Shown here piece after piece: positions 1 through 9,685 of a DNA stretch of 64,000 nucleotides. This DNA is from an uncultured Planctomycetota bacterium (GTDB lineage Bacteria; JAJVIF01; JAPKYR01), in NCBI GenBank assembly GCA_964354375.1, contig CAYGZQ010000013.1, forward strand, positions 10,087 to 74,086, written 5' to 3'. A program made the translations under genes and the position numbers. The first letter of the stretch is position 1. Each line of letters begins with the position of its first letter. The notes under the pieces are model-generated. The model was not told the DNA's origin. It did no database searches and saw only the letters and a program-made list of their open reading frames with translations.

Positions 1-1093
1 CCAGGTTCGTGCGGCTGTTGGGGAACTCGATGCCGACCGCGGTTTTGCCCGGGATCGGGGCCTCGACCCTCACGCGCTTGGCGGGAAGGGTGTAGGCGAT
101 GTCCTTCTCCATCCCTTCGATTTGCTTTACGCGTATACCTTCTCCCAGGACCACCTCCACCCTCGTAACCGCCGGACCCGTGATGACGTCGCAAACCTGG
201 CATGGGATACCGAACGTATCAAGGGTCTTGACTATGCGCTGGGCTGCGAACTCGCGGAATGCGTCATCCATCACCGGCTCGGACGGCGGGTCGAGAAGAT
301 CCATCGGAGGGAGCTTGTAGAGTCTCGGCTTGGGCAGCGGAGCGGGCTCGTCCAGTGAAAGCTCGAGCTGGCTCCCCGGCGGCGCGACCTGTTGAGGTGG
401 AGGAGCCTCCTCGCTGACCGGGGACGGTTGAGGAACCGGAACTTCGACTTCCGCGGCTATCTCCGGCGGGAGCGTCTCCACATCGCTAGCCGAGGCATAG
501 GCGAGCTTCGGTCGCGCGGGAATAGGTCGCGGCCGGACCGCGATCTTCGTCAGCGCCTTCCAGGCCGAGATCAGCACTGCCTTGGGACTGAGTCTCAGTA
601 TGACAAACGTCATGACGACGAGCAGAACGAGGGACACTGCGACGGCGGAATCGCCGACGAGCAGCCTCAGAAGCCTCCCGGCGAGAAGTCCGATCCAGCC
701 GGTCATGTCGCGCGCTTTGAGGTCCCAGTAGAAAACCCTCGAGTACATCGCGTTTTCCCACGCAGCCAGGATCAGCGGTATGGACCAGAACGCAAGCCTT
801 GTGAGCCTTGCGGCGAACGGGATTTTCCCGGCTGCGAGGAGATGGACGGTGCCGGTGACGAGGGCGACGGCGATGAGCCACGCTCCGACCTCGCCGAGGA
901 GCGGCCTTATGAGAATGATCAGTGTCTCCCCGACCAGTCCTCCACGTCCGCTGAGTCCGAGGATGTAGACGATGGTGAGGGCAAGGACGATTATGCCCCA
1001 GGCCTCGAACGCGATGATTTTCTTGAGTGCCGCGCGAGGATCGGGGGCGGAATCAAGGAAATCGAGGTTGGGTGAGTGTTTCTTGTCCGGCAT
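1..1093 (-). CDS. ftsK: DNA translocase FtsK/SpoIIIE, N-terminal part (runs off window start)
   Basis: Not in the ORF track because it has no stop in the window. My manual translation from ATG 1093 gives MPDKKHSPNL..., a multi-TM N-terminus, then GPAVTRVEVVLGEGIRVKQIEGMEKDIAYTLPAKRVRVEAPIPGKTAVGIEFPN, the FtsK alpha-domain signature. Confidence 0.92.
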   Translation of the reverse strand, partial: MPDKKHSPNLDFLDSAPDPRAALKKIIAFEAWGIIVLALTIVYILGLSGRGGLVGETLIILIRPLLGEVGAWLIAVALVTGTVHLLAAGKIPFAARLTRLAFWSIPLILAAWENAMYSRVFYWDLKARDMTGWIGLLAGRLLRLLVGDSAVAVSLVLLVVMTFVILRLSPKAVLISAWKALTKIAVRPRPIPARPKLAYASASDVETLPPEIAAEVEVPVPQPSPVSEEAPPPQQVAPPGSQLELSLDEPAPLPKPRLYKLPPMDLLDPPSEPVMDDAFREFAAQRIVKTLDTFGIPCQVCDVITGPAVTRVEVVLGEGIRVKQIEGMEKDIAYTLPAKRVRVEAPIPGKTAVGIEFPNSRTNL

Positions 1094-1163
1094 GCAACAC
1101 CCGCGCCGGGACACACCGCCGGCGCATTAATAGAATCAAGTGCGACTTAATTTTCCTGAACCC

Positions 1164-1191
1164 GCAGCATGCGTCCCCGGCGCATGGTTCT
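1164..1191 (+). repeat. Degenerate copy of GTAG-type REP-like palindrome
   Basis: GCAGCATGCGTCCCCGGCGCATGGTTCT resembles the consensus GTAGCATGCGC-N5-GCGCATGGTTCTT seen at five other intergenic loci. Confidence 0.55.
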
Positions 1192-1397
1192 CAGGCTCTC
1201 ATGTGCTTTGTGAAGCACCATGCAGAGGATGGGGCCGTTGAAAAAGTCCGATTTGCAGGGGTACGGCATACCGTGCTTCCACTTATACTGCAAGGGCGTT
1301 GGGCAATGTCCTGGTCTTTGTCAAATTTAATCGGACTGAAAGGATATTAAATCGTGCGGGCCGGCCCAAGGACCTGCCCGACGCGTGAGGTTTAGCC

Positions 1398-1871
1398 ATG
1401 GTTAAACGCTACTCGATTTCAGCACTGGTATGTATGGCTCTGATTCTCGGGCTCTCGGTTCCTGCGTGGGCTCAGGAGCAGGAAGCCTGGTCTATGGGCG
1501 GCGGATACTGGACGCTTCCCAATGTGGATGACCAGGACGGCGCAATAAGCACTTCCGGAATGTACGCGTGCGCGATCATGCACAGCGCAGAGTACCAGGT
1601 CGAGTTCGACTATGCGTTCGGCGACACGAAGTTCTACGCACTGGCGGCGGATTACCTCTATCCGCTGACCGAAGGAGCGGATTATTTCGGCGGAAGCGCC
1701 TTTCTCGGCGCAGGCTACACGTATTTCTCGGCGGACGATCTCGACAACGAGTCGGGATTCAATGTTTTGCTGGGCGCAGGTGTCGGCAACAAGCTCTCGG
1801 GCACTCTCAGGTACGACTTCCTTGCGTCGGACCAGGAGCTTTTCACTCTTGGCGTGTCGTACAGTTTCTAA
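1398..1871 (+). CDS. Small outer-membrane beta-barrel protein (OmpA-TM/OMP_b-brl-like)
   Basis: Signal peptide ending AWA-QE, alternating aromatic/hydrophobic strands, C-terminal GVSYSF typical of BAM substrates. Confidence 0.75.
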   Translation: MVKRYSISALVCMALILGLSVPAWAQEQEAWSMGGGYWTLPNVDDQDGAISTSGMYACAIMHSAEYQVEFDYAFGDTKFYALAADYLYPLTEGADYFGGSAFLGAGYTYFSADDLDNESGFNVLLGAGVGNKLSGTLRYDFLASDQELFTLGVSYSF

Positions 1872-1930
1872 GGACATCGGGAAAATCCGAAGCGACGGCC
1901 CTGGATAGGAATCTGCCGGTCAACACGAAA

Positions 1931-2422
1931 ATGAGAGCAACAAAGACACTGATGACGGCGATGCTGGCGGCCTTCGCGATCGCAGCGATGCCGTCTCCCG
2001 CGCACGCTCAGGACCTGGGGCTGATGCCCTCGAGCCTGGGACGGTTCTCGGTCGGCGCCGGAGCGTACCAGGCTCCCGGTGGCGAAAAGAGCTCCAGCGG
2101 GGTGTATGGCCTGGCCAGGTTTGAAATATCCCAATTCGAATTTGAAATCGATTATGGTCTGTCCGATCAGGATTTCTTTCTCGGAGCCGCAGATTACCTC
2201 TACTACATACCGATGGCTCAGGGCATCACCGGTACGGAGGCGGCGATAGGGGGTGGGATTACGTTTGTGAATGACGATCCCTCGCTTGATGAGTCGAAAT
2301 TCGGCCCGAACCTCCTGGCGCAGATTCGATTCATGGATTCGTATGCCGTCCAGCTTCGCCATGACTTCCTCGGCGGCAGCGCCAACCTGTGGACCTTCGG
2401 GCTGAGCTATTCATTCAACTGA
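1931..2422 (+). CDS. Small outer-membrane beta-barrel protein, paralog of 1398..1871
   Basis: True start is ATG 1931 inside track ORF 1568..2422 (MRATKTLMTA...AHA-QD). Shares EFEIDYG/ADYLY motifs and ends GLSYSFN. Confidence 0.75.
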   Translation: MRATKTLMTAMLAAFAIAAMPSPAHAQDLGLMPSSLGRFSVGAGAYQAPGGEKSSSGVYGLARFEISQFEFEIDYGLSDQDFFLGAADYLYYIPMAQGITGTEAAIGGGITFVNDDPSLDESKFGPNLLAQIRFMDSYAVQLRHDFLGGSANLWTFGLSYSFN

Positions 2423-2518
2423 GTGAGACGGAAAAGACGCAAGCCTCCTTTCCTGAATAAAGTCCACCCACCCTCATCCTCCTCCCGACGACCCGCCCAC
2501 CGGCGGGTCGTCGACTAT

Positions 2519-2545
2519 GTAGCATGCGCATCTTGCGCATGCTAC
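2519..2545. repeat. GTAG-type REP-like perfect palindrome
   Basis: GTAGCATGCGCA-TCT-TGCGCATGCTAC, a 12-bp stem, intergenic. It is preceded by a second hairpin, GACGACCCGCC-CACC-GGCGGGTCGTC (about 2487-2512). Confidence 0.75.
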
Positions 2546-2634
2546 GTTCGATGCGCATGCAGCGGTTTTGGCAAGCTGGTATACTTCCCGCGGATTCCGG
2601 GCAATGGGGAGTATTCCGACCGGGAGGATGCCGG

Positions 2635-4125
2635 ATGGTCGAGACGCGAAATCTGAAAAAGCCGGGGAAAGCCGTCCTGATAGTCAATATCCTTGCGGTG
2701 TTTCTGTTGATTCCCGCATTCCTTGTATCCACCGCGAGAGCGGATGAGCAGGAGTCCGGCTCGACGACTGGCCAGATACCGGCGGGATTCGGCGGTGTCG
2801 AGCTGTCGGCGCAGCCGGGGAGTGTGTCCTCCGACCTGCTTCAGGGAGAAGCCGGGATTCCGCAGACGCTTACGATGGAATCGGCTGTGGAATGGGCGCT
2901 TGGGCATAACAGGGAGATTGCCCGACTGACGCTGGAGATCGATGCTGCCCAGGCTGCGGTGCGCGGAAGCCGACTTCTGTACATGCCCTCGCTCGACATC
3001 GGGGGCAGGTCGATGAGCGTAGGCCCTGCCGGTACGGTTGAAATCCCCGTACCTCTCGGGGGGAACCCGATAGAGATCCAGACGAGCACCACGGACGTAA
3101 CCAACACGATTTCGATGACCTTGTCGCAGCCGGTGTACACATTCGGCTCGTTCTCGCTTGCCGGGAGGGCCGCGAGTCTGGGTCTGGACCAGGCGCGCCT
3201 GAATCTGGCCAGAGCTCGGCAGACGGTGAGAAACGACACAGAGGAAGCGTTTTTGAGAGCCGCGCTGGCGCAGGCGATGGTGGGGGTGAGGGAGCAGGCC
3301 GTCGCCACGGCCGAGGAGCGGCTAAGGATCGCGCAGGTGAGGTTCGACGCCGGGGAGGCGGCGCGATTCGAGGTCCTGAGGGCCGAGGTGGGGGTCGCGA
3401 CGTCGCGTCAGGACCTCCTCCAGGCGCAGACATTGTCGGAGCTCGCCATGAGCGTTCTGGTACAGAAAATGGGTTTGCCGACCGGCACGACGATCAATAT
3501 CGAGCCCCCGGACGCGGAAGAAGTGGACGCGGTCGCGCCCGGATTCACCCTCGATGAGGCATGGCAGACCGCCCTTGACAACAGAATGGATTTAAAGGCG
3601 CTGGAGCTCGCGGTGGAGCTGTCGGAAGTCGGCGCGCTTTCTCAGCGGAACCGTCCGATGCTCGCGTTCCAGGGAAACTACTCGAGGTCCGATCGGGCGT
3701 CGATGTTCACCAACAAGGAGAGCTGGAGCGTCATATTGAATTTCACATATCGGTTCTACGATTTCGGTCGATCGCGCGCGTCCATGGAGGAAGGCTGGGC
3801 GAAGAGGGATGCACTGAGGGCACAGGTTGAGGACATTCGGACCCTTGTCGGGCTGGAGGTGGAGAGCGCGTACAAGTCGCTGATGACCTCGCTCGAGAGG
3901 ATCGAGGTGGCGCGAGCGACATTGGAATCGGCGCGAGAGGCTGTGCGAATCGCGGAGTTGGGCTACTCGGAGGGCGTGATCACCTACATTGACTACCAGG
4001 ATGCGGACCTGGGATACCGTCAGGCGGAGACGCTCCATCTGCAGGCGGTGTACGAATACCTGACGGCGGTCAGCGGGCTGAGGGCTGCAATGGGGGTAGA
4101 TGATTTTCCGATGCAGGCGCAGTGA
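2635..4125 (+). CDS. TolC-family outer membrane efflux protein
   Basis: GGAGG RBS at 2623-2627 before ATG 2635. Signal peptide, two OEP-like helical repeats, and motifs such as A..NR.D, RFDAGE and YSEGVITYIDY. Confidence 0.88.
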   Translation: MVETRNLKKPGKAVLIVNILAVFLLIPAFLVSTARADEQESGSTTGQIPAGFGGVELSAQPGSVSSDLLQGEAGIPQTLTMESAVEWALGHNREIARLTLEIDAAQAAVRGSRLLYMPSLDIGGRSMSVGPAGTVEIPVPLGGNPIEIQTSTTDVTNTISMTLSQPVYTFGSFSLAGRAASLGLDQARLNLARARQTVRNDTEEAFLRAALAQAMVGVREQAVATAEERLRIAQVRFDAGEAARFEVLRAEVGVATSRQDLLQAQTLSELAMSVLVQKMGLPTGTTINIEPPDAEEVDAVAPGFTLDEAWQTALDNRMDLKALELAVELSEVGALSQRNRPMLAFQGNYSRSDRASMFTNKESWSVILNFTYRFYDFGRSRASMEEGWAKRDALRAQVEDIRTLVGLEVESAYKSLMTSLERIEVARATLESAREAVRIAELGYSEGVITYIDYQDADLGYRQAETLHLQAVYEYLTAVSGLRAAMGVDDFPMQAQ

Positions 4126-4154
4126 GGCGAGCGCGGTCGACCCGCCTCGGCGGG

Positions 4155-4194
4155 TTGCATCGTACGCGAAACAGTGCTATAAATCTGCTATAAT
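4155..4194 (+). promoter_or_regulatory. Sigma70-like promoter upstream of P1
   Basis: TTGCAT(4155)-17 nt-TATAAA(4178), and a second TGCTATAAT extended -10 at 4186-4194. Confidence 0.5.
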
Positions 4195-4271
4195 TTGATG
4201 TAAGAGCGATTTCGGGTGTGGTCTGGAGAGGCCCGGGCGGGTTGATCATTCCTTTGGAGGTTCGTTCCGGA

Positions 4272-6992
4272 ATGCGAAACGTTATCTTGGTGGTCATCAT
4301 GGCGCTCGTGCTCGGTTGCGCGAACAGCCAATCGCCGGTGGCGCCGGACGGAAAGGACACGGGGGGAACCACCGGTCCTCAGAAGACGGCTCAGATCCCA
4401 GGCAAGGCTTTGTGGGGCATTTTCGAGGTGACGCTGGATCCGATCGCCGAGACGGCGACAATTGTCCTCCTCAGGACCGCCGCGTTCAAGGCCAACGTGA
4501 CCCAGTTTCTTCAGCCCCCTTTGGGGAAGCCCAACTATGTCAGCTTCGGTAATCTGGATTTCTCGGATTTCAGCTCCGAAGGGATAGTGAGGCTGCAGGT
4601 GGGTGTGACGCATCCGTTTCCCGGGCTGAACCAGTATCGCGGGTTCGACGTGCTGGGCGTGTTCATGTCGGATGCGTCGTTCGCCAGCCAGTCCGAACCC
4701 GGCGCGATTCTGCCCAGGCAGGACGGGTCGGAGGCCAGGCTTCTCAATGCCGACGGGTACACTCGCTGGTTCAATCCCGGCGAGTTCCCGGCCAAAACCA
4801 TCTTCGGGTTCGTACCCGGCATCTACGGGTCGCCCGGTTTCACGCCGGACGCGACAGTGAACGGATACAAGTATTTCTGCGACGGTCTCGCTGCGGATGA
4901 AGACTTGGTGACCTTCTTCACCGACCCCGGCAATCTCGCGAATCGCGGCAGCTTTACGCCCGGGACGGTGAACAAGCGCGACTATGAAATCCAGTTCCCG
5001 AATCGCCTGAGCCCGCTCAAATACCAGTACGCCATCCTGGCGAGCTGGGAGCAGCCGTCGAACCCTCACAATCCGACGCTGGATGACTTCTCTCTTGCTG
5101 CTAACCAGGGCGAGCCGTTCCTGCTTATGGCGGATACTTCCGCCTCGACGGTGTACTACGAGAGTCCCGATAACAACGGAGGGACACTGCACATAGAGCT
5201 GACGGTTTATGACTGGCAGGCTCTGGCGGGCGAGGGCGGCGGGATACCGGTGGATCAGCAGATCGACGGATGGTGGATCGAGAGCTTTTTCGATGTGTTC
5301 CTCAGCCCGCAGGATGTACTCCCGGGCGCGACCGTGGCGGTTGATGGACCTGCATCGAGCACATTCACTGTGGACATAGCGGATGTGAATCCGACTCATG
5401 CCGGCGATGAGTGGCTGATACTGGCTGTCGAGAGCGCCGACCCGAGCTCATATGATCAGGGATTCGGTGCGCCTGCGTCGGACGGCAGGCTGGCTGCGTA
5501 CCTCGTCACGAAAGTGACGGTATCGCCGGAGAATCCGATGAACCAGGCGCCCAGCGTGGGGAACATCACGGGCGAGACGAATCCGTGGGAAATAGACTCG
5601 GAAGAGTACACCATTACCGCCCTCGACCCTGAGGGAGATCAGCTTCATTACGAGTGGAGCCTTGTTGTCGACGGCGCCGCTATTGTATGGGGCAATGTCG
5701 GGTCCGATACGGACGCCGTCACGATCGACTGGAGCGACTACGGTCCGGGGGACTACGATCTGCACTGCCGCGTGAAGGACGATTTCAACGCCTGGCAGCT
5801 CGCAGCGAATGATCCGCTCGACATAGCGGTGAAGGAGCTCAGCATCACGTGCGGCAACGGGGTGTTCGGGTATAACGACTACGCCTACACGCAGTGCCAG
5901 CAGGTGGAGAGCGTCTTCCTGTCGGACGGCACGGCGATAAGCGAGTACGGGTACAGCTCTATGTCGAGGGAGTTCGAGGTAATGAAGGTGTACTACGGGT
6001 GGCATCAGCCTGGGTACTGCGGACAGACGAACTACGAGGATCCATGCGACGACACCTGGTGCGAGCTGTACAGCGACCTGTATTTCCCAAGCACAGATCC
6101 GACAAACCGCACGATACACATGGATTGCGACATGGCCGGGACCTATGGGTCCGGCCAGGAGACCAACGATGTCGTGGCATTCGTGATGTTGCAGCAACCG
6201 AACATTCTGAGATTCCTGCACGGCTTCAATACCTCCAGTCATTCGGCTGCGACGGAGTATCCGAGCAAGACGCTCCCATCGGGCACGGTGACAGCGATGG
6301 ACTTCGACGAGGCCGGCGACCTCTGGGTGCTCTCGTCGAACGGAAATACCTACGAGCTTACGAAGTCATCGACATACGACATGGGCAGTCTGAAATTCAC
6401 CGTGGACATGTCGGAGTTGGCGCCGACCGGGACGAAAGTGTTCGACTGGGCGATCAGCTACCTGAACGGGGATTTCTACGTATTCACCGACGAGACGACG
6501 GGCGGAACGCTTCACAGGGTCTCCGGGACGAACGGGGCTATCGTCGACACGGTGCACAATGCGCTCGATGCAGGCATCAGCAACCCTGACTACGGGCTTG
6601 GGACGACCGGCGCGAGGGCCGATGTTGAGATCGATCACCGGATAATGACCGGCGAGAATCCGCTGGCTGAGAACTGCCGCTTGGTGATAGGCGGAGGTCC
6701 CGGCGGGACCGGCAAGGCAGTGATGTTCGCGCGGTACGATCAGGCGCTGAACCTGCTCAGCACGTGGGACAACAACCAGCTCGGCGGCGGGACCTGCTAC
6801 AACTACGCCAGCACCAGCGGCGGAAGGTTCATAATCTTCGATCCCGTGGAGCACGAGGACAACCCAGCCACTATCGTGGACGAGGAGGAATGCCGTCACA
6901 CGATGTGGGTCGGCGATGCCGGCACCGGCGCAGGCAACCTGATCTGGGCCGACAGCTGCCGCCCCATCCCGGACGATTGGGACGGGAACTGA
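4272..6992 (+). CDS. P1: large lipoprotein, unassigned conserved N-domain + Ig/PKD-like domain + propeller-like C-terminus
   Basis: GGAGG RBS before ATG 4272, lipobox LVLG-C. Motifs HPFPG, GFDV, NADGYTRWFNP, DWQ. NQAP...DWS..V.D Ig-like module. Confidence 0.8.
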   Translation: MRNVILVVIMALVLGCANSQSPVAPDGKDTGGTTGPQKTAQIPGKALWGIFEVTLDPIAETATIVLLRTAAFKANVTQFLQPPLGKPNYVSFGNLDFSDFSSEGIVRLQVGVTHPFPGLNQYRGFDVLGVFMSDASFASQSEPGAILPRQDGSEARLLNADGYTRWFNPGEFPAKTIFGFVPGIYGSPGFTPDATVNGYKYFCDGLAADEDLVTFFTDPGNLANRGSFTPGTVNKRDYEIQFPNRLSPLKYQYAILASWEQPSNPHNPTLDDFSLAANQGEPFLLMADTSASTVYYESPDNNGGTLHIELTVYDWQALAGEGGGIPVDQQIDGWWIESFFDVFLSPQDVLPGATVAVDGPASSTFTVDIADVNPTHAGDEWLILAVESADPSSYDQGFGAPASDGRLAAYLVTKVTVSPENPMNQAPSVGNITGETNPWEIDSEEYTITALDPEGDQLHYEWSLVVDGAAIVWGNVGSDTDAVTIDWSDYGPGDYDLHCRVKDDFNAWQLAANDPLDIAVKELSITCGNGVFGYNDYAYTQCQQVESVFLSDGTAISEYGYSSMSREFEVMKVYYGWHQPGYCGQTNYEDPCDDTWCELYSDLYFPSTDPTNRTIHMDCDMAGTYGSGQETNDVVAFVMLQQPNILRFLHGFNTSSHSAATEYPSKTLPSGTVTAMDFDEAGDLWVLSSNGNTYELTKSSTYDMGSLKFTVDMSELAPTGTKVFDWAISYLNGDFYVFTDETTGGTLHRVSGTNGAIVDTVHNALDAGISNPDYGLGTTGARADVEIDHRIMTGENPLAENCRLVIGGGPGGTGKAVMFARYDQALNLLSTWDNNQLGGGTCYNYASTSGGRFIIFDPVEHEDNPATIVDEEECRHTMWVGDAGTGAGNLIWADSCRPIPDDWDGN

Positions 6993-7021
6993 TGGAACGA
7001 TCAGCCGGGAGTGAGAAGCAG

Positions 7022-9604
7022 ATGAAACTGAGAACCCTGGCAATATGCGCGCTCGTTCTGGGCGCGTTTGCCTGTTCAAGAGGTGCCGTACCGACGGCGC
7101 CGGGGATGAGTCCCGGAAAATCCGACATGCAGGCGAGCATCGGGCTCGACACGCCGGGACGTGCGCTGTTCGGGGTCTGGATGATGGAAGTGTCGTCGGA
7201 TCACACTGGGGTGAACGCAGTGTCTGTCAGACTTGGGGAGGGACATTTCAACGTTCGGACGTTTCTGGAAAACGGACCGTGCGCGACCTGTCTTTCGGTT
7301 GTGGGAGTGCACCCGCAGGGGAACGGCGTGCTGGATGTGGACGTGCGGCTCACGCATCCGTTCATCGGGCAGGACAGGTTCACCGGTTTCGATGTGCGGG
7401 GCACGGTGATCTTCCCCGCGACGTCGTACTGGCCCGCGAACGGGCTTTCATGGAGTCGAGCTGCGGACGGCGGCGGCGAGCTTCTCAATCCCGACGGATG
7501 GACGACATTGTTCAATCCCGTCGATTTCGAGCAGAATCCCGGGGACCCGGCCATCCTGACGTACCAGAAGGGTACGTTCGCGACGGTGCTGGAGAACGCA
7601 TCTTCGCTGAATGCGTACAGGGCGTTTTACGTGGAACCGGACCGCCGTCCGTTCTACACGAGCGATGCGATCACGAAGACATATTCCATCAAACTGCCCG
7701 CCGGACCGTTCAGGTTCGGGTATGTTGTGGATGCGAGCTGGGCTAAGCCCGATCCGAATCCGCCGGTGAATGTTCCCGAGGATTTTCCGATTGAGGCGAA
7801 TTGCCGGGAGGCGTACCGGTTAAGCGCGCATGTGGAGGAAGGTCTGAACGTGTCGGGCGGGATCGCCACGTGCGAGATCGACGTGTACGACTGGCAGGGA
7901 ACATCAACCGTCTCGCTTGTCGCGGTCGAGGCGCCCGATTTGTTCGACGGGACGGCGGCCGCGAGCCTGAAGACCGACTTCGGAACCATCAGCCGCTGGG
8001 AGGCGCAGATTCAAAACGACAAGGTGGATTTGATAGACGACTACCCGGTGCTGGTGAGGGTCGACGACGCGACCGAGGATGAATTCCTGGGTCCCATGTC
8101 GGCATTCAGGGTTATCATGGCGCACGTGGGTCCTGCGTCCCAGTATCCGGACGGGATTTATGTCGACAGGGACTACCCTGGCCTCGCGGGCGGATTTCCC
8201 GAGATCGGCACGCCGGACGCTCCATTCACCCAGATCAACTCGGCGATCCTTGTGGCAAACGCCGACCAGGAGATCTTCATCGACCCGTCGCCGGAACCGT
8301 ACAACGAGCAGGTCAGCCTTCATAGCGAACGATACCTTCTGGGCTGGAACTGGCGGGACGATGGGGACAGCGGTCAACCCGTGGTGGAGGCGATGGATTT
8401 CGGCAGCAGCATTTACGGGATAGCGGTGAGCGACGTGACTCTGGACAATCTCGAGGTGCGTCCGGGCGGCGACCTCGAGGAGGAGTTCCTGTACGGGATA
8501 TTCTTCGATTACTCGGACCCGTATGCGCACCAGAAGGACGTGACGGTGAAGAACTGCACGTTCACCGGCGACCGTGTCCACACCGGAAACGAGACGGGAG
8601 ACGAGATTGTCTGCTGCCAGGTGTACCTGACTGACAACTTCACTTTCGAGGACAACCTGATAACCGATTGCCACGTGGGCAGCGACCAGGGGGGATATTT
8701 CGGGGGACTCCACGTGGACGTGTGCGACGGGGTCAAGGTGAGGGGAAACGTGATCACGCAGTGCACCTTCAGGAATAGCTTCCTTGGAATGCACATATGG
8801 TATTCCGACCTTCCAGTGCTTGTGGAGGACAACGAGGTAAGCTGGATGAACAATTCGGATACTCCGACCGGATTTACAATCGGCTGGGCGATCAATGTCA
8901 TCGGCTACTCGGACGTGACGGTGCGGCACAACACGGTCCACGACCTCGGCGGACCGGGTCACAGGCTCGAAACGGTGGGCCTGTTCTTCCGATGCGTCGG
9001 CGACACCACATACTACAACTGGAGCATCGAGAATAATCTCATCTACAACCTCTACTCGCAGGATGCAGCGAATACGACGAACTCTGCGGACTGCCGCGGC
9101 ATCATGTTCAGGATGAACAACTACAACAACCTTGACGGGCTCAGAATAGCGAACAATACGCTTGTCGGGCTGACATCGGGCGAGTACGTGCACGGCCTGA
9201 GTTTCGACATCGGGTCCGGGAATCTCCTCTACAACTACGCCATCGAGAACAACATCGTCAAGGGCCTGACCGGCCCGGCGCAGCCGGACGATTACGAGAC
9301 TTCGGCGGCGGTCTATGCCTACTGGCCGGACGATGATCTCCTGATCGAGTACACGCTTTTCGACGACATCGTCCTTCCCGATCCCATGTTCTATGGTGTG
9401 GATGAGGGCACGGGGAATATCTTCGATCAGGATCCGGTGTTCGACCCGGCGTGGCATTTCCCGATCGGCTCTCCTGCTCAGCTTGGGAATCCGACATTCC
9501 TCGATTTCGACGATCCCGGACCGCCGTCCGGCGACCCGGATGATCCGGATCCCGACACGCGATCCAGAATGGGCGCCTATGGGGGTCCGGGGGGCGACTG
9601 GTAG
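7022..9604 (+). CDS. P2: large lipoprotein, conserved N-domain + right-handed parallel beta-helix
   Basis: Lipobox AFA-C. The start could instead be ATG 6992, overlapping the P1 stop. Family motifs are present, followed by IYVD...GTPDAPFTQINSAI, repeated V/I-x-x-N-x-I PbH1-like turns, and terminal RSRMGAYGG. Confidence 0.8.
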   Translation: MKLRTLAICALVLGAFACSRGAVPTAPGMSPGKSDMQASIGLDTPGRALFGVWMMEVSSDHTGVNAVSVRLGEGHFNVRTFLENGPCATCLSVVGVHPQGNGVLDVDVRLTHPFIGQDRFTGFDVRGTVIFPATSYWPANGLSWSRAADGGGELLNPDGWTTLFNPVDFEQNPGDPAILTYQKGTFATVLENASSLNAYRAFYVEPDRRPFYTSDAITKTYSIKLPAGPFRFGYVVDASWAKPDPNPPVNVPEDFPIEANCREAYRLSAHVEEGLNVSGGIATCEIDVYDWQGTSTVSLVAVEAPDLFDGTAAASLKTDFGTISRWEAQIQNDKVDLIDDYPVLVRVDDATEDEFLGPMSAFRVIMAHVGPASQYPDGIYVDRDYPGLAGGFPEIGTPDAPFTQINSAILVANADQEIFIDPSPEPYNEQVSLHSERYLLGWNWRDDGDSGQPVVEAMDFGSSIYGIAVSDVTLDNLEVRPGGDLEEEFLYGIFFDYSDPYAHQKDVTVKNCTFTGDRVHTGNETGDEIVCCQVYLTDNFTFEDNLITDCHVGSDQGGYFGGLHVDVCDGVKVRGNVITQCTFRNSFLGMHIWYSDLPVLVEDNEVSWMNNSDTPTGFTIGWAINVIGYSDVTVRHNTVHDLGGPGHRLETVGLFFRCVGDTTYYNWSIENNLIYNLYSQDAANTTNSADCRGIMFRMNNYNNLDGLRIANNTLVGLTSGEYVHGLSFDIGSGNLLYNYAIENNIVKGLTGPAQPDDYETSAAVYAYWPDDDLLIEYTLFDDIVLPDPMFYGVDEGTGNIFDQDPVFDPAWHFPIGSPAQLGNPTFLDFDDPGPPSGDPDDPDPDTRSRMGAYGGPGGDW

Positions 9605-9625
9605 GTTAATTCCCGGTGCGGCTTG

Positions 9626-9634
9626 TGCTATAAT
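9626..9634 (+). promoter_or_regulatory. Extended -10 element upstream of P3
   Basis: TGCTATAAT about 50 nt upstream of ATG 9686. Confidence 0.45.
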
Positions 9635-9685
9635 TCAACATGATCCGTATGATCCATCAATAAAGGCGGCAAAAGGGGTACAGGA

